From Mobula hypostoma (taxonomy: Eukaryota), in the NCBI RefSeq assembly GCF_963921235.1, contig NC_086105.1, positions 46,066,001 through 46,130,000 on the forward strand: a stretch of 64,000 bases of DNA, in the 5' to 3' direction. The notes beneath the pieces are model-generated. The model did not search any database. It saw nothing but the letters and a program-made list of their open reading frames with translations, and was not told the origin of the DNA. Shown here one piece after another: positions 38,125 through 50,267 of the stretch; position 1 is the stretch's first letter; each line of letters begins with the position of its first letter. A program made the translations under genes and the position numbers.

Positions 38125-39037
38125 TGTTACGTACCCCGTAACTGGGTTGCCAAACCAGCAGAAATGGACCACTCAGTTGGAGTCTGGATTACTGGAACTA
38201 AGAAAGTTTTATTAAAGAAATAAGCAACACAGTACTCTAATAGTAAGGATATAAATGCAACAGGTTAGCAATGAATAAACACACATGTACACAGAACTAG
38301 GATAATAGGATCAATCAAGCTCTATCGCAGTCTAGGGGTAAATGACAGTTTCAAGTGACGCAAAGTTCAGTTCAATTGAGTTCAGTTCAGTTCGCAGTAA
38401 TCACTGTTGTGCCGTTGGGCGGGGAAAAGGAGAGAGAGTGAAAGCGAATGAATATTCAAAACGGATTCCACACAGACCTTCGATATTCCTCGCAGTTAGC
38501 TTTCGGGTGAGTCCTTGGTAATGTCTTCCAAGGTCACCCACTGTGACCCCTCCGTTCCAGACACGGAAGTTCTTCAGCGGTGAACCCGGCACCCAGGCAA
38601 GGGCAGACACACACCAGGTTCCCGCCGACCGTATCTTTCCACCCTGTGCGTCTATGGCTGGTCGCGCGACCAGACCTCCAAAACTCCCACCGACTTGTGG
38701 GGGCGCACCGCTTCTAGGGTCTCGTTACCTCGTGGTGTCGTGTGTGGTGTCTTAGTGAACCTGCCCCTTTTTATCCCCCTGCTGGGGTATCGCCTGTCCA
38801 TCACACTTCAAACAGTTCAGGGTTCAAAAGGAGCCGGTCTTGACAATACTCAGACCAGTGTCTCCTTCCGTTAAACTCTCTCGTCTCTTGATTAACATTT
38901 CCAAATGCTGCTCCATTGCCTTACTTATCTCTCTCTCCTGAAGACAGGTGGCAAATCAACTGGTGATCCCACTGGTGCTAGCACAAGACAGCTAACATCT
39001 TAGTCTAGGTGTACTTTTGTAACCCTCTTTCATCACA
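38125..39037 (-). repeat. 5' LTR
   Basis: TGTGATG...CGTAACA on the minus strand; direct repeat of 34061-34975. Confidence 0.95.
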
Positions 39038-40807
39038 CCCCTAACTCGCCTTCTAGCATTTCAGGGCAGCTCTTCCCTTCATGACTCCTTGGCATACCTA
39101 TGTTTCCACCATGCAATCCCTTCTTATCAATCAGATAGCTAACTTTAATTCCCCATCCCCCTCTGAATTTCTCTGTCTGTGTCCTTCTGCACTGTTACAA
39201 CAAGGCACAATACAATTTGGTGATCAACACTTCATTTTCCATCCAATCACATTCCAGTTTGCTGGACGATGGTGAATTCTGCAACTTCAGATGGCCAGCC
39301 ATTTTTACTTGCAATCCTTCTCCTCTTTCCATGTCTTTAATTTGTGCATTCTGTCTCCTGGGAGTGTCCCAATAAACCAGACTATAAACCTACACATTGC
39401 TGTAAGACTACTGATTCCCAAGGCTATCTCACACCACTTGTAATATATCTCATAGACAAAGGAGTTTAATTGCCCTTCTTTGGCTACATTTTCACCCTAT
39501 CACAGAAATTTCCTTTCTATGAACCCTTGCCATCCCCCACATTCTCTGTTACTTGGTAAAATGCTTTGTTCTCTCTCTTTCTCATTCTCTCTCTCTATTC
39601 TGATGAAGGTTCTTAAACCTAAAAACATTAACTGCTTTTATTTCCATGTATGTAGCCTGACTTGTTTTTATTTCAATATCTATAGTTTCTTTATGATTTT
39701 CAGGTATATTCCTTGTTCACTTTCTGATTTTACAAAACTAGAGCGAAAATGTTAATGTCACTTGACTGCATGAACGTGCATCACAAGGCAAATAACCGAC
39801 AGTGATCACCGAGTGAGCAATGCAAGAAGAGCGGGAAGGCTGACTGCGGTAGTAGACGGACAGAGGCTTTGATGGAACTGTATATCCTTGTACTAGGAAC
39901 TTGGCAAATGTGAGGGTAAAATCAGAGATGATTGCCAATTCAACAAGCAGCATGAAACAATTCTGAATTTGACCCGAGCTCAATTAAAACCAAGGACTTC
40001 CAACTATAGCGTTCTTCAAATGGTTGTCATCTTGTGACTGAACAACAAATAATTTATGGAACTTGAATTGGTTGGAAGCCAATTCACCAATGACAAACGG
40101 AAATTATTATTTAAGCAATCACTATGTGACCTGAAGCAACTTTTCAGTTCTTTATTCAGCCAATAAAACAACCAACAATAACAATCCACAACTTAAGACT
40201 TTACAATGAATCATGTTGTCATACAGTCTTCAGTCATATCGTCTTTCCACTCTCTGTATTTATTTGAGGATAAATACTTTTTTTTCCTCCAGAAGAATCT
40301 CTCAGATTCCAGTAGCTTAAAAATAGCCACACAGGCAAGTCTGTAGCTGACATTATGTGGCTATAATTAATGTGTCAGAATATTTTACTCTGGAATAAGA
40401 GAGCTCATTAACCAAGAGGTCAGTCAAGTCCTCTAATTAGCTTGAGGTCTCCTATCCCAACATAGAACATGTTGGAACAAGAGATCTAATTACACATGTC
40501 AATAAATAAATGCCACACTCATAAGTGGAGGTCTTGCAACTATTCCGTGCTGATTCAGAATGCCTGAATGAAATCATTCTCTCCTTATTGCAACAAACTG
40601 ACTTCAACATGAATGAAGTTTATTTTCTGGAGAGAAAGAGAAACAGCTGAGGGTTTAAACTTAATTTTGATTTGCAAGTTGACCCTATTTCTTTCTTGGT
40701 ACCAATGTTTCAATAGATGGTAGGTTTTACCCAGTCTCACAGAGCGGTGACCACTTAATGAAAGAGTTCAACAGAAGAGGTTCAGTGCAAAGACTAGCAT
40801 TTGACGT

Positions 40808-41130
40808 GTAGAGTTGGAAGTGGAGATGAGAAGGTGGGTGTGTAGGAGGGAAGGGTTGGTGGGATATTGTCTGTGGGTGGGAATGTCATGGCTGCAATTT
40901 CTGTATTTGTGGCTTTCTCAAGAGACCTTTGGGAGTTACAACTTTCGAGTCAAATACAGGTCAGAGGGATTTGGGAATCTAGAGGTTTTTACAGTCGTCC
41001 AAGATGGTGAAAAAAACTGCAGATGCTGAAAATCCCTCTGGCCTCTTACATTCTCTGGATCTGTTCAGTGCCAATTGCTGACATGACGGCTGTTTCAATT
41101 TTTCTACTGCTATTACTCACTCTAACCTAC
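40808..41130. repeat. Degenerate fold-back element centred near 40998
   Basis: Nested inverted pairs ggtcagagggattt/aaatccctctggcc, tgtcatggctgcaatt/aattgctgacatgac and gaggttttt/aaaaaactg. Confidence 0.55.
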
Positions 41131-41224
41131 TCTCTTCTGAAGTTACAGCACACTGCTCAACACTGTCCAACTCCAATTAATATCAAACTGTAGTGGAAAA
41201 CTGGAAATACCCAGCAGATCCAGG

Positions 41225-41520
41225 GTGGTTCAACAAGTAGAGACACTGCTTCACAGCTCCAGAGATCTGGGTTGTTCGATACTGACCTTGGAGTTTGCAT
41301 GATGTCTCTCTGACAACGAGGATTTCCTTTGGGTGCTCTGGTTTCTTCCCACATCCCAAAGATGTCCTGGCTGGTGGTTTAACCGGCTGGTGAAGATTAC
41401 CCCTGAAGTGTAATTGAGTGGTAGAATGCAGGGAGAATAAAATATTTTGGTGTAAAATTACTGTGCAAATGGTCAGCAGAGCATCAGTGGGCTAAAGAGC
41501 CTGTTTTGTGGAGTACCTCT
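41225..41520 (+). mobile_element. V-SINE copy
   Basis: gggtgctctggtttcttcccacatcccaaagatg V-domain. Confidence 0.7.
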
Positions 41521-41825
41521 TCTGTTTCACAAAGACTGGACAGCATCTTTGGAAGGAGAAAAGTCATAGATGTCAAGTAATATGGAAACAGGCCCTTCGG
41601 CCCAAATGGTCCATGCTGACCAAGATTCCCATCTAACCTGGTCGCATCTGCCCATGTTTGGTCTGTAACATTATAGTCATATACTTGTAATATTAACTCA
41701 GGCTTTCTACCTTCATTGGTAAAGTTGGTAAGAACAGTCACTCTGTAACAGCAAGTGAAGATAAGTCCCAGCTCCGTAGTTCACCTCTGAGTTGGTGACA
41801 CAATCAGAGCAGGAACAATCTTTGA

Positions 41826-43015
41826 CTCAGAATCAGACTTATTATCACTGACCTAGGTCATGTAATTTGTTGATTCCAAAGTTCAAAGTAAATTTATTTT
41901 CAAAGTACACGTTTATCACCATATACCACCCTGAGATTCATTTTTTGTGGACGTACTCAATAAATCTATGGAATAACAACCATCACAAAATTAATGAAAG
42001 GCTGCCCAACCTGGACGTTCAGCCAGAGTGCAGAAGGCAACAAACTGTGCAAATACAAAATAAAGAAATAATAATAATAATAAGTAAATATGAAATAAAT
42101 ATCAAGAACATGAGATGAAGAGTCCCTGAACATGAGTCCATTGGTTGTGGGAACATTTCAATGATGGAGCAAGTGAAGTTGAGTGAAGTTATTCCCTTTG
42201 GTTCAGGAGCCTGATGGTTGAGGGGTAATAACTGCTCCTGAACCTGGTGGTGTGAGGCTCCTGTACCTTCCTTCCCATAACAGCAGCGAAAAGAGAGCAT
42301 GTCCTCGGCAAGTACTCGGCAAGAGTACAGTGCAATGCATAAAATATACTATAAATTACCATAAGAAATATATATCATAACGATCTTCAGACAAGCTGAC
42401 CCAGGTGTGGAGTAAACTCAAGACTCAATAGTAGATATTAACAACAAAGATTTATTCGGAGAATAATCAAACTATGAGCTTACTTTCTCAGGATCTGAGC
42501 ACAGAACAGTAGTTCATCCGGGACTCGAATCCAGGACTCAGTGCTGAGCACCGGTCCAGAATAGCTTTAAATAGTACATGAAACACAGGAAACCTGTGCA
42601 GGTCGAAATCAAAAAATAATTACTTAAGAACGAGAAGCAAAGGAGACAGTACTCACATAAGAAGCGTCACAAAAAGCACATTGACAGCTTAATAATAAAA
42701 GTAGTCATTAAACAACACGAAATAACTCAAACAGTGACGTTCAGGTGCATTGAGACCTGTCGCCCCTTGGTGGTCTGAAGGGTTCTTGACGTAAATATTT
42801 TGAAAAAGTGCAAAGCAAGATCAAAAGTAGTGAGGTTGTGTTTATGGGTTCATGGAATGCTCTTCATGATACATCTGTGGAAATTTGGTGACCTACCAAA
42901 TCTCTTCAAACTCTTAATGAAATGTAGCCACTGCCATGCTTTCTTTGTAATTGCATCAGTATGTTGGGGCCCAGGATAGATATTCAGATGTTGACACTGA
43001 GGAACATGAAACTGG
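41826..43015 (-). mobile_element. Rex1-type 3' fragment containing a second Rex1-type 3' end (41875-42310) and a solo LTR
   Basis: cagaatcagacttattatcac tail; collinear with 3435-3980 once the inserts are removed. Confidence 0.6.
42373..42791 (-). mobile_element. Probable solo LTR
   Basis: Decayed TG..CA ends with subterminal inverted cttcagac/gtctgaag; minus-strand TATA-like tatttaaag (~42565) upstream of AATAAA (~42451); flanks tata/taaa; interrupts a LINE tail. Confidence 0.6.
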
Positions 43016-43319
43016 GAAGGACGTTATTCATCTATGTAGTGCCAAAAATGGTTCAGGAGTATTACTTGCGCTCTTCAAATCAAAGGTCTATGGTCTGATC
43101 ACTACTCCACAGGTAATCTCAGCAGGTACTCCATGCAGTACTGACAGGACCTGGCACTGTGAGAGGTCTGTTGTTCAGGTAAGACATTAAACAGATCAAA
43201 ATCAAGCAGAGGTAAAAAAAAAACCCACATGCTAGTCCTTCCCTGTGTTCTGTAAAATGTAACCTCTGAAATGACAACTAAAACAGATGAAACAAAAAGA
43301 GTGGCACATATTGGAACTC

Positions 43320-43485
43320 TGAAACAAATAGAAAATGTTGGAAACACTCTGCAGGTCAGGCACAGTTAATGTTTCAAGTTGATGGCCAATAGGATTGTTA
43401 TGATGAAATGTGATCAACTTGAAACAACAACTCATTTTCCTTGTTCTCAAAGGCCTGCTGCATAAATCCAATTTGTTCTGTCTTG
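43320..43485. mobile_element. Old PLE-pLTR fold-back mini-element
   Basis: gtttcaagttgat / atcaacttgaaac inverted pair; tgatga...gaaac hammerhead remnant. Confidence 0.5.
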
Positions 43486-43869
43486 TTCTCCTAAATCAGT
43501 GTTGGTGACAATTGGTTGTATTCTTTCCTACATAATCGCAGTGACAAAACCTTGTATTTCCTGAGTAGTAAAGGATTTTGGGACACCCTGGCGATGTTAA
43601 AGGTGTTATAAAGCTGCTCTTTGCAAATTGAACAATTTACAGAGAGTAAAACTTCAATAGTATTTGTGTACATTAGTCTTCTAGCTGACTTCGAAACTTA
43701 TGGGAATGACTTTAGTCACCAGAAACAGAATCATTCACCTTAGAACACCAAAGAAAGTTATAGATCCTATGTAAACAGAGGTTTAAGCTCTTGCATCGGT
43801 CACCTGCGCACCCAGAACTCCAAAAACAGCTCATGGAAAGTAGAAATTAGTCCAATCACAAAATATCCT

Positions 43870-44070
43870 GTACGGTTTTTACAGGGTGGATGTGGAAATG
43901 ATGTTTCTCCTAACAGGAGAATTGAGAATTAGGGCTTACAACTAAAAAGAGGTGCTTATTTATGACAGAAATAAGAGAACATTGCCTGGACATCCATGAG
44001 TCGTTGAACCCCCATTTTCTCAGAGTGAATGAAGCAGTCTGAATATTTTTAAGGCAAATGCATATGGATT
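43870..44070 (+). mobile_element. Old CR1 3' fragment
   Basis: acagggtggatgtggaaatgatgtttc...gaatatttttaaggca. Confidence 0.45.
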
Positions 44071-44899
44071 CCTAGTACGATTTGAAAAGATGCGACGACA
44101 TTGAATACAGATATAGCTGACGTATAGAAATCATGGAAGTCTATCAAATTACATTATATCAAACTGTTTAATAACAGGATAAAGCAGCAGATTACACTAA
44201 GCTTGGAGAACGCAGTTTACCCTGCAAAGAATAGGCATGTATTGATTTGCTAAATGCAAGTGTATTTTTCAGCAAGATATTTTCCAGGACTTCAGAATAC
44301 TGTTTTCCTTCTGAATTTTATCTCTGGCTTTTGAACAGCACCACCACCCTAAATGAGGAAGAGAACTGAACACCTACAATCATTACAAAAAGAGAACAGA
44401 ATCCAGCTATATCTATAGATACATTCTGTACCCAAGCATCCAAATGTAGATATCTGGAAAGTAGAAAGGACCAAGACTCCGGCAATTTGTGACCTACTTT
44501 GCAGGGAGTAGGTACTCGGTTAACAGCTTGAAATGATAACTGTTGCAATCACTGGAATCACCAACATGTCTCAGGTACATAACAGGGCCAGAGGTTGCCA
44601 GTATTTAATTCCTCAGCAATTATCACTACAAATAGATTACCTGATCATTATCATATTCCTGCTTTTGGGAGACTGCAAGACACAAACTGGCTCCTGTATT
44701 TCTCTCTGTTATAGGAGTAACTGAGAAGTATTTCACTGATTTGAGAAGTTAAAAAAGTATATATTGTGGCTCTTTTTAAAATCAGAAACAGACAGCAGAT
44801 CACTCAGTAAATGCAGTAAGAGAAGACAGGTTCTAGAACTTCAAGGGTGCACCATTCATCTCATCCGACAGATGACACTCACCCAAGACACAAGAAGTT

Positions 44900-45440
44900 A
44901 ACATGCATGTTCAGCAAATAGGAAGGCAACTGGATCATTGCCTTTCAAAGCAAGGCAAGATGTGCTACAGTAGAGACCTGGTGAAACTCTCAGAGCTTTG
45001 GTGAGATCACACCTAGTGTACTGCGCTCGCTCCATTGTTCTCAGGAACAATTTACTGTCCCTGACAGGTAGAGATTGCCTCACGAGGAAAGGCTGAGTGA
45101 GACAATACAGCCAGGAATGTAGAAGGATAAGAAACAACCTTACTGAAATGTACTCGTGTCTGAGGGGCTCTGACAAGGCACATACTGAGATGATAATAAC
45201 CCTCATCTGAGAGTTCTGAAGTTTTTGAAGTTACTCAATTTGAATACAAATTCTCTCAGAGCATGGTAAATCTTGAGAAATTTCTTTTTCCCACTGAGCT
45301 GTAGATACCAAGCCATGAAGTATATTCATGGTTGAAGCAGATGGAGGATTATGGAGAAGAGGCAGAAGAATGAAGTTGATCAGCCATGATCCTACTGAAC
45401 AGCCACACAGCCTCCTCCTACTTTTCATCTCCCTGTTCTT
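44900..45440 (+). mobile_element. Old CR1 3' fragment
   Basis: ALVRSHLVYC segment; gatcagccatgatc 3' UTR motif. Confidence 0.55.
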
Positions 45441-45499
45441 TCAAACCATATTGAATTCTCTTTTTGTTTGCATATACTGATAGTGTGGAGAACAGGGAA

Positions 45500-45760
45500 C
45501 CATAGAAGCGTACAGCATGAAAACAGGCACCTTCACGCATCATATCCACACCCATTTACACCAGTACCACATTAATGCTACTGTTATTCTCTTAACATTC
45601 CTACCGCTTGTCCCCCACTTCCCCCACCCAAGATTCTACAACTCACCTGCATGTTAGGGGCAATTTTAGTAGCCAATTACCCTACCAAGATGTAGACCTT
45701 TGGGATGCAGATGGAGACCAAATGTACAGTGATGACTCTACCAGCTGCAACACTGTGCCA
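45500..45760 (-). mobile_element. V-SINE remnant
   Basis: Reverse complement of V-domain and tail (ctgcatcccaaagg...ggtagggtaattggc). Confidence 0.5.
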
Positions 45761-46519
45761 CGTGTGACAGTAAATAACAAAAGGGGTGACGGTGAGGGAG
45801 GAGTGTCAAGATCTGAGTGAATAGCAAAATGTAGATCTGGAGGATATGTAAATACGACACTGAGCAATATCTCAAATTCTTGGCAAAAGAAAATACAACT
45901 GCTAAAAATGTGAGGTACAAAAGCTAGAATTGTTGATTATAAAAGACCCAGTCAGAAGATAGCCTGTTCTGTTTTAGATTTGTGTGGTGTCAGTCTCTCC
46001 TTTCTTCAACCTTATCAAAGATCTTTCTTTGTATTGTCTATGCTCCTCTACCAACTCCTAGCCCCTTTCCCTGCATATGTAAATTTGTTTTCCTAGTTCT
46101 GACAAAATGTGACAAAAAAGAAAGGTTGACTCTGCTCCTCTTTCCACAAATGCAGCCTGACTTGCTGAGTATTCCCAGTTTTAGTTCTGATTACCAGCTT
46201 GGCTGAGGAGTCACCCAGGGGCCCTCCATAAATGTACTATGCTCTCTACCAAGGAGACATTCATCTTCTCCACCCCTACCATTCCTCCGCTCCCAATGCT
46301 GCTAGCCACTCCAGAAGGAACTGGACACATTTATATCCATTGTAACAGTTAGCTTAACTGGCAATGCAGTCCTTGCACTGTTCTCAGGTTACATCTGTGG
46401 CTGCAGTTGATGGCAGGTTTCAGTGAGGACATCTCGTGGAAGTAAAACTTTGTAATCCAAGCCACAAGATTTGGACAGCTATACACAGCTGACTACAACT
46501 GACAGATTATCCACCATAT

Positions 46520-46915
46520 GCTATGACTTCAACAGAACTTGACGGTCACTTTGAATGATGGTTACAGAGGTCTCATAGCTCCAGCTCAATAAACTGCCCT
46601 GGGCCCAGCACACGGATGCAATCACAAAGAGGTATGCCAGCATTTTTACTTTCTTTGGAAGGTAAAAGAGATTCAGCATGCAACTGAACACCTGAACAAG
46701 TTTCTACAGAGGTACCGCTGAAAGTAGCTGGACTGGTTGTATCATGGTCTACTATGGTAATTCAAATGCACAAGAGCATAAGAAGCAGCATGATTTATGT
46801 TTATGTTTCTCATGTGAATGCTGCTTACCTACCTATCTGCGATCCTGCTACAGGTAAGTTTTTCACTGCATCTGTGCATACATTTAATTTTGCAAATGGC
46901 AACAAACTGGACTCC
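46520..46915 (+). mobile_element. Rex1-type fragment
   Basis: gcacggatgcaatcacaaaga...tttctacagaggtaccgctgaaag...ggttgtatcatggtct. Confidence 0.5.
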
Positions 46916-46929
46916 ATTCTGGTCATGGG

Positions 46930-47200
46930 TACTGTGGTGTGGTGCTAGAAAGCTCTCCCTATGACCCTATAGGTTTCCTTTGGGAATTACAGTTGTCTTC
47001 CGTATCCGAAGACATGCTGGTTGGTTAAGTGGCCACTGTAAGATGCCCCCAAGTGTTGGTAAGTGACAACAAGATCCATTGACGGGCATGTGAAAGAGAA
47101 TAAAGAGCAGGGATTACTGTGAAATATGGAGAGGACGAATGGGATTGATGAGACTGATCCGCTGGAAAGAACATAGCCCCAAGTGGACCGAGCATCACAC
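46930..47200 (+). mobile_element. V-SINE remnant
   Basis: ggtttcctttgg...ccgaagacatgctggttggttaagtggccactgtaa. Confidence 0.5.
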
Positions 47201-47574
47201 AAAAAGTAAAAGATGAATGCAAGACCTGGTACTGATAGAGAAAATCACCATTCTTGCATTGATTCTTTACTGCAATCACAACCTATGCTTCAGCGTCAGA
47301 TCTGGGGAAGTAAAGCAGCATGCTCAGCTACCTCCATGATGTACATTTCAACACTGACGACCCATTCACTTGAAACGTTTACTTTACAGCTGAAGTTTAC
47401 AGGGAAGCATTGCCATTTTACCATCACCAATTCAGATTGGGAAAGCCCAGTCCTCTTACTGTCGATATTGCTTTAAAGACACATAATATGCCAGCTCTGT
47501 GTTAATGCACCACTATTATGTGCATTGCAGAATTCTGCAGAAGGGGACTGGAATGCTACCATCCACTCTGATAG

Positions 47575-48095
47575 CCTCAAATGTATCTGAACCCACAGTC
47601 ACCAGTGTGTGTGTAAGATCAGACCTCCAGAGAGTAAATCTTTAGAAAGCAACTGTCCCGGGTGGTGTCCCTGGTGGTGTCCCTGGTTGTGTCCTTAGAC
47701 CTTGCACAAATCAGCTGGTGGGGGAGATTTCCAGACCTTTTTAACAACTCCCTGCTTCAATCTGTGATCCCCACTTGCTTTAAGAAGACTACAAACACCC
47801 TGGTACCTAAGAAAAGCACGATAACACGACTTAATGAACCATCCGGTGGCTCCGACATGTTTTAGTGGTCTGAGAGGCTGGTCATGACACTTATGAACTC
47901 CAGCCTCTCTGACAACCTGGACCCAGTGCAACTCGTCTACCACCGAAACACGTCTACAGCTGGCAACACCCCCGACATTTTGTTATTGTTTTACCTTGTC
48001 CTACCTCAGTGCACCATTGTAATGAATTGACCTGTATGGATGGTACACAAGACATTGTACCTTGATACATGCAAGAACAATTTAATTACCAATTA
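47575..48095 (+). mobile_element. Deleted Rex1-type LINE fragment
   Basis: ORF 47662..47865 DLFNNSLLQSVIPTCFKKTTNTLVPKK; includes (GGTGGTGTCCCT)x3 at 47661-47695. Confidence 0.7.
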
Positions 48096-48493
48096 ACTCG
48101 GCAGTGAATCTGACTGAATACACTAGAGTGGGTCTTTTTCATTTCTATAACATGGCTCACAGCTGTCCTTACTTTGACCATGCTTTATCACCTCAATCTG
48201 TGCAGTTCAAATGTTTTCCATAACCATGTCCCATGATCCATTGTGACAATCTGCAATTTCTGTTATACTAAACTGGACTCTTAATAAGCCTTCTGGGGGG
48301 AGGGGGTTCCATTCCTAAATCATTAGATTCAAACCCTAATCTTTCCACACAGGTACCACCCAACCTGCTGAATACTTCCAGCCCTTTGTATTTTAAGTTT
48401 GTGCTTATGATTGTCTTGTACTGTCTCAGTCCACTCTTCATTCGTGCTTTCACAGCTTCTGTGAAAGGAGGAGCCTATGTCTATAATTTCCTG

Positions 48494-48710
48494 CAACACA
48501 CATAAAAGTTGCTGGTGAACGCAGTAGGCCAGTCAGCATCTCTAGGAAGAGGTGCAGTCGACATTTCAGGCCGAGACCCCGGACGAAGGGTCTCGGCCTG
48601 AAACGTCGACTGCACCTCTTCCTAGAGATGCTGCCTGGCCTGCTGCGTTCACCAGCAACTTTTATGTGTGTTGCTTGTATTTCCAGCATCTGCAGAATTC
48701 CTGTTGTTTT
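48494..48710. mobile_element. Young PLE-pLTR fold-back mini-element with 16-bp TSD
   Basis: Arms 48493-48579 and 48588-48674 are near-perfect inverted repeats; TGTCTATAATTTCCTG duplicated at 48478-48493 and 48711-48726; hammerhead-like GACGA-agggtctcggcct-GAAACGTC-gactg. Confidence 0.9.
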
Positions 48711-50267
48711 TGTCTATAATTTCCTGATGTTACAAAGTAATCTGCAAGTACAAGGAAATTCTGAAGAACAGCTACTGATACAAAGGAGGAAATTCAGCAC
48801 ACAGTAAGATTCCACAAAACACAAGATGAGAAAGACAGCACAGATCAGTTGTAGTGTTACTGATTGGGGGATAAACATGGCCAGGACATTGGTGGAGAGA
48901 GACGCTTTCTTGTTCTTCCTTGGGATGTTATACAATGACCCACAGGGCAGGCACAGCCATTGGTTCAATACCTCAACTCTGCCTGATCTTTCCACTCCAC
49001 ACTTTCAATTTGCCCTCCTGCACAGACTTCCCTCCCTCCACTCTCAGTGGCTGAGCCTCCAGCTGTTTCACTCCAGCCCGCCGTGCCTGACTGTCTTCCT
49101 CTCTGCCTCATCAAAGCCTACCTCTGTAACCATGCCTTCTCTCTGCCCTCACCACTGCTTGGTGTCACTTTCCCGCTGTGAGTTACCTTATGAATGCAAG
49201 GTGCTGTCTCACGATGCAGAACTTTTTTCTCCCCTTCCTCAATACATTTTTTTTGTGAAAGCTAATTCAGAAACAATAAATAGCTCATTTTGAGCTCACT
49301 GCCAAGGTCACAGGGTTATGCTGTAGCAGAGTTCAGATGAAACAAAAAATTCCCAATGAAATGGTGGTAGGAGATTCGGTTCTAAAAATTGATTCAAAGA
49401 ACACTATTATGGTAGCCACTTTCAATTTACTCAGGCAGGAAGTGGAAGAGAATGGGATCAGTAGTCTCTTTATGTAAAGATGAGAGAAGCTTAAGATCCA
49501 CAGTGTACAGGGAAACATTAAGTTAAGGGGGTCCTCACTGCAAAGCAGAAAGCAATTAATCATTTAGAAAACTGTGCAGAATTTCAGACACTTCTTAGTC
49601 CTGCCTATTAGAATTTAGTCTGTTAGTTTTGAACGAATATCCAAAAAAACTACAAGACAAAGCATTGGGGCAATTGACCAAGAAAAGCAGTGGAGTGAAG
49701 GTCAGCCATTTCAGGACATGGCTACAGCTTCCAGTCGGTGGGCTGGACAATTAGGCAAACCCATCCGTCTCCTTCTCATTTTACTTTAGCCTCCTGTGAA
49801 TTCAGACTCCACCAATGTTTCTGATTAAAAGCTGTCTCAATTGCCAGTGACTTACAAACCTCTATTGTGATGATTATACAAAGGACAATGATTAGGAAAA
49901 AATTGTGCCCCTCGTTAATTAATAATGTGCCATGGAAATTTCCTCTCTTGTTCCTGATGTAGCCATATAAAGGTTCAGCAAACTACTCAACTCCAGCCCA
50001 ATGACTGACCAAGCTCTGTTCCTCTCATGCTTGGTAAGGTGATAGGTCACTGATCTAAAACACTAACTCTCTTCACTGATGCTGCCTGACCTGATGGGTA
50101 TTTCCAGCATTTTCTGTAAGTTCAGATTTTTAGCGCCTCCGGTATTCTGCTTTTGCTTTTCTCCAACTTCAAGTTTCCTGGAAATAGAGTTTCCACCTTG
50201 TTAAATTCTTCTTCCGTCTTACGTTCAATGACCTTCTAAAAACTCTAGTTCATTTAATTCATAATTT

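Larger units (their letters stand above)
34061..39037 (-). mobile_element. Gmr1-like (SCAN-gag) Ty3/Gypsy LTR retrotransposon, internally deleted, 4977 bp
   Basis: Two LTRs (915 and 913 bp) with TG..CA ends; CCCC 4-bp TSD at 34057-60 and 39038-41; PBS and PPT present; gag-PR-IN-RT-RH domain order. Confidence 0.95.
33570..39700 (+). mobile_element. Old PLE split by the LTR retrotransposon (pieces 33570-34060 and 39042-39700)
   Basis: YYKPVDSQSYLD...SISFSQFL (PLE RT thumb); PTTRIIFP at left continues into the right flank; pLTR with ctgatgaagg..acctaaaaacatt at 39600-39635. Confidence 0.75.

Noticed and set aside
46490-46520. Minus-strand MVDNLS as the missing contactin Ig6 exon
   Set aside because: A stop follows within a few codons, and there is no YTC motif or splice donor
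47661-47695. 12-bp tandem repeat as a CRISPR-like or functional array
   Set aside because: Three adjacent units with no spacers inside a LINE fragment; simple slippage
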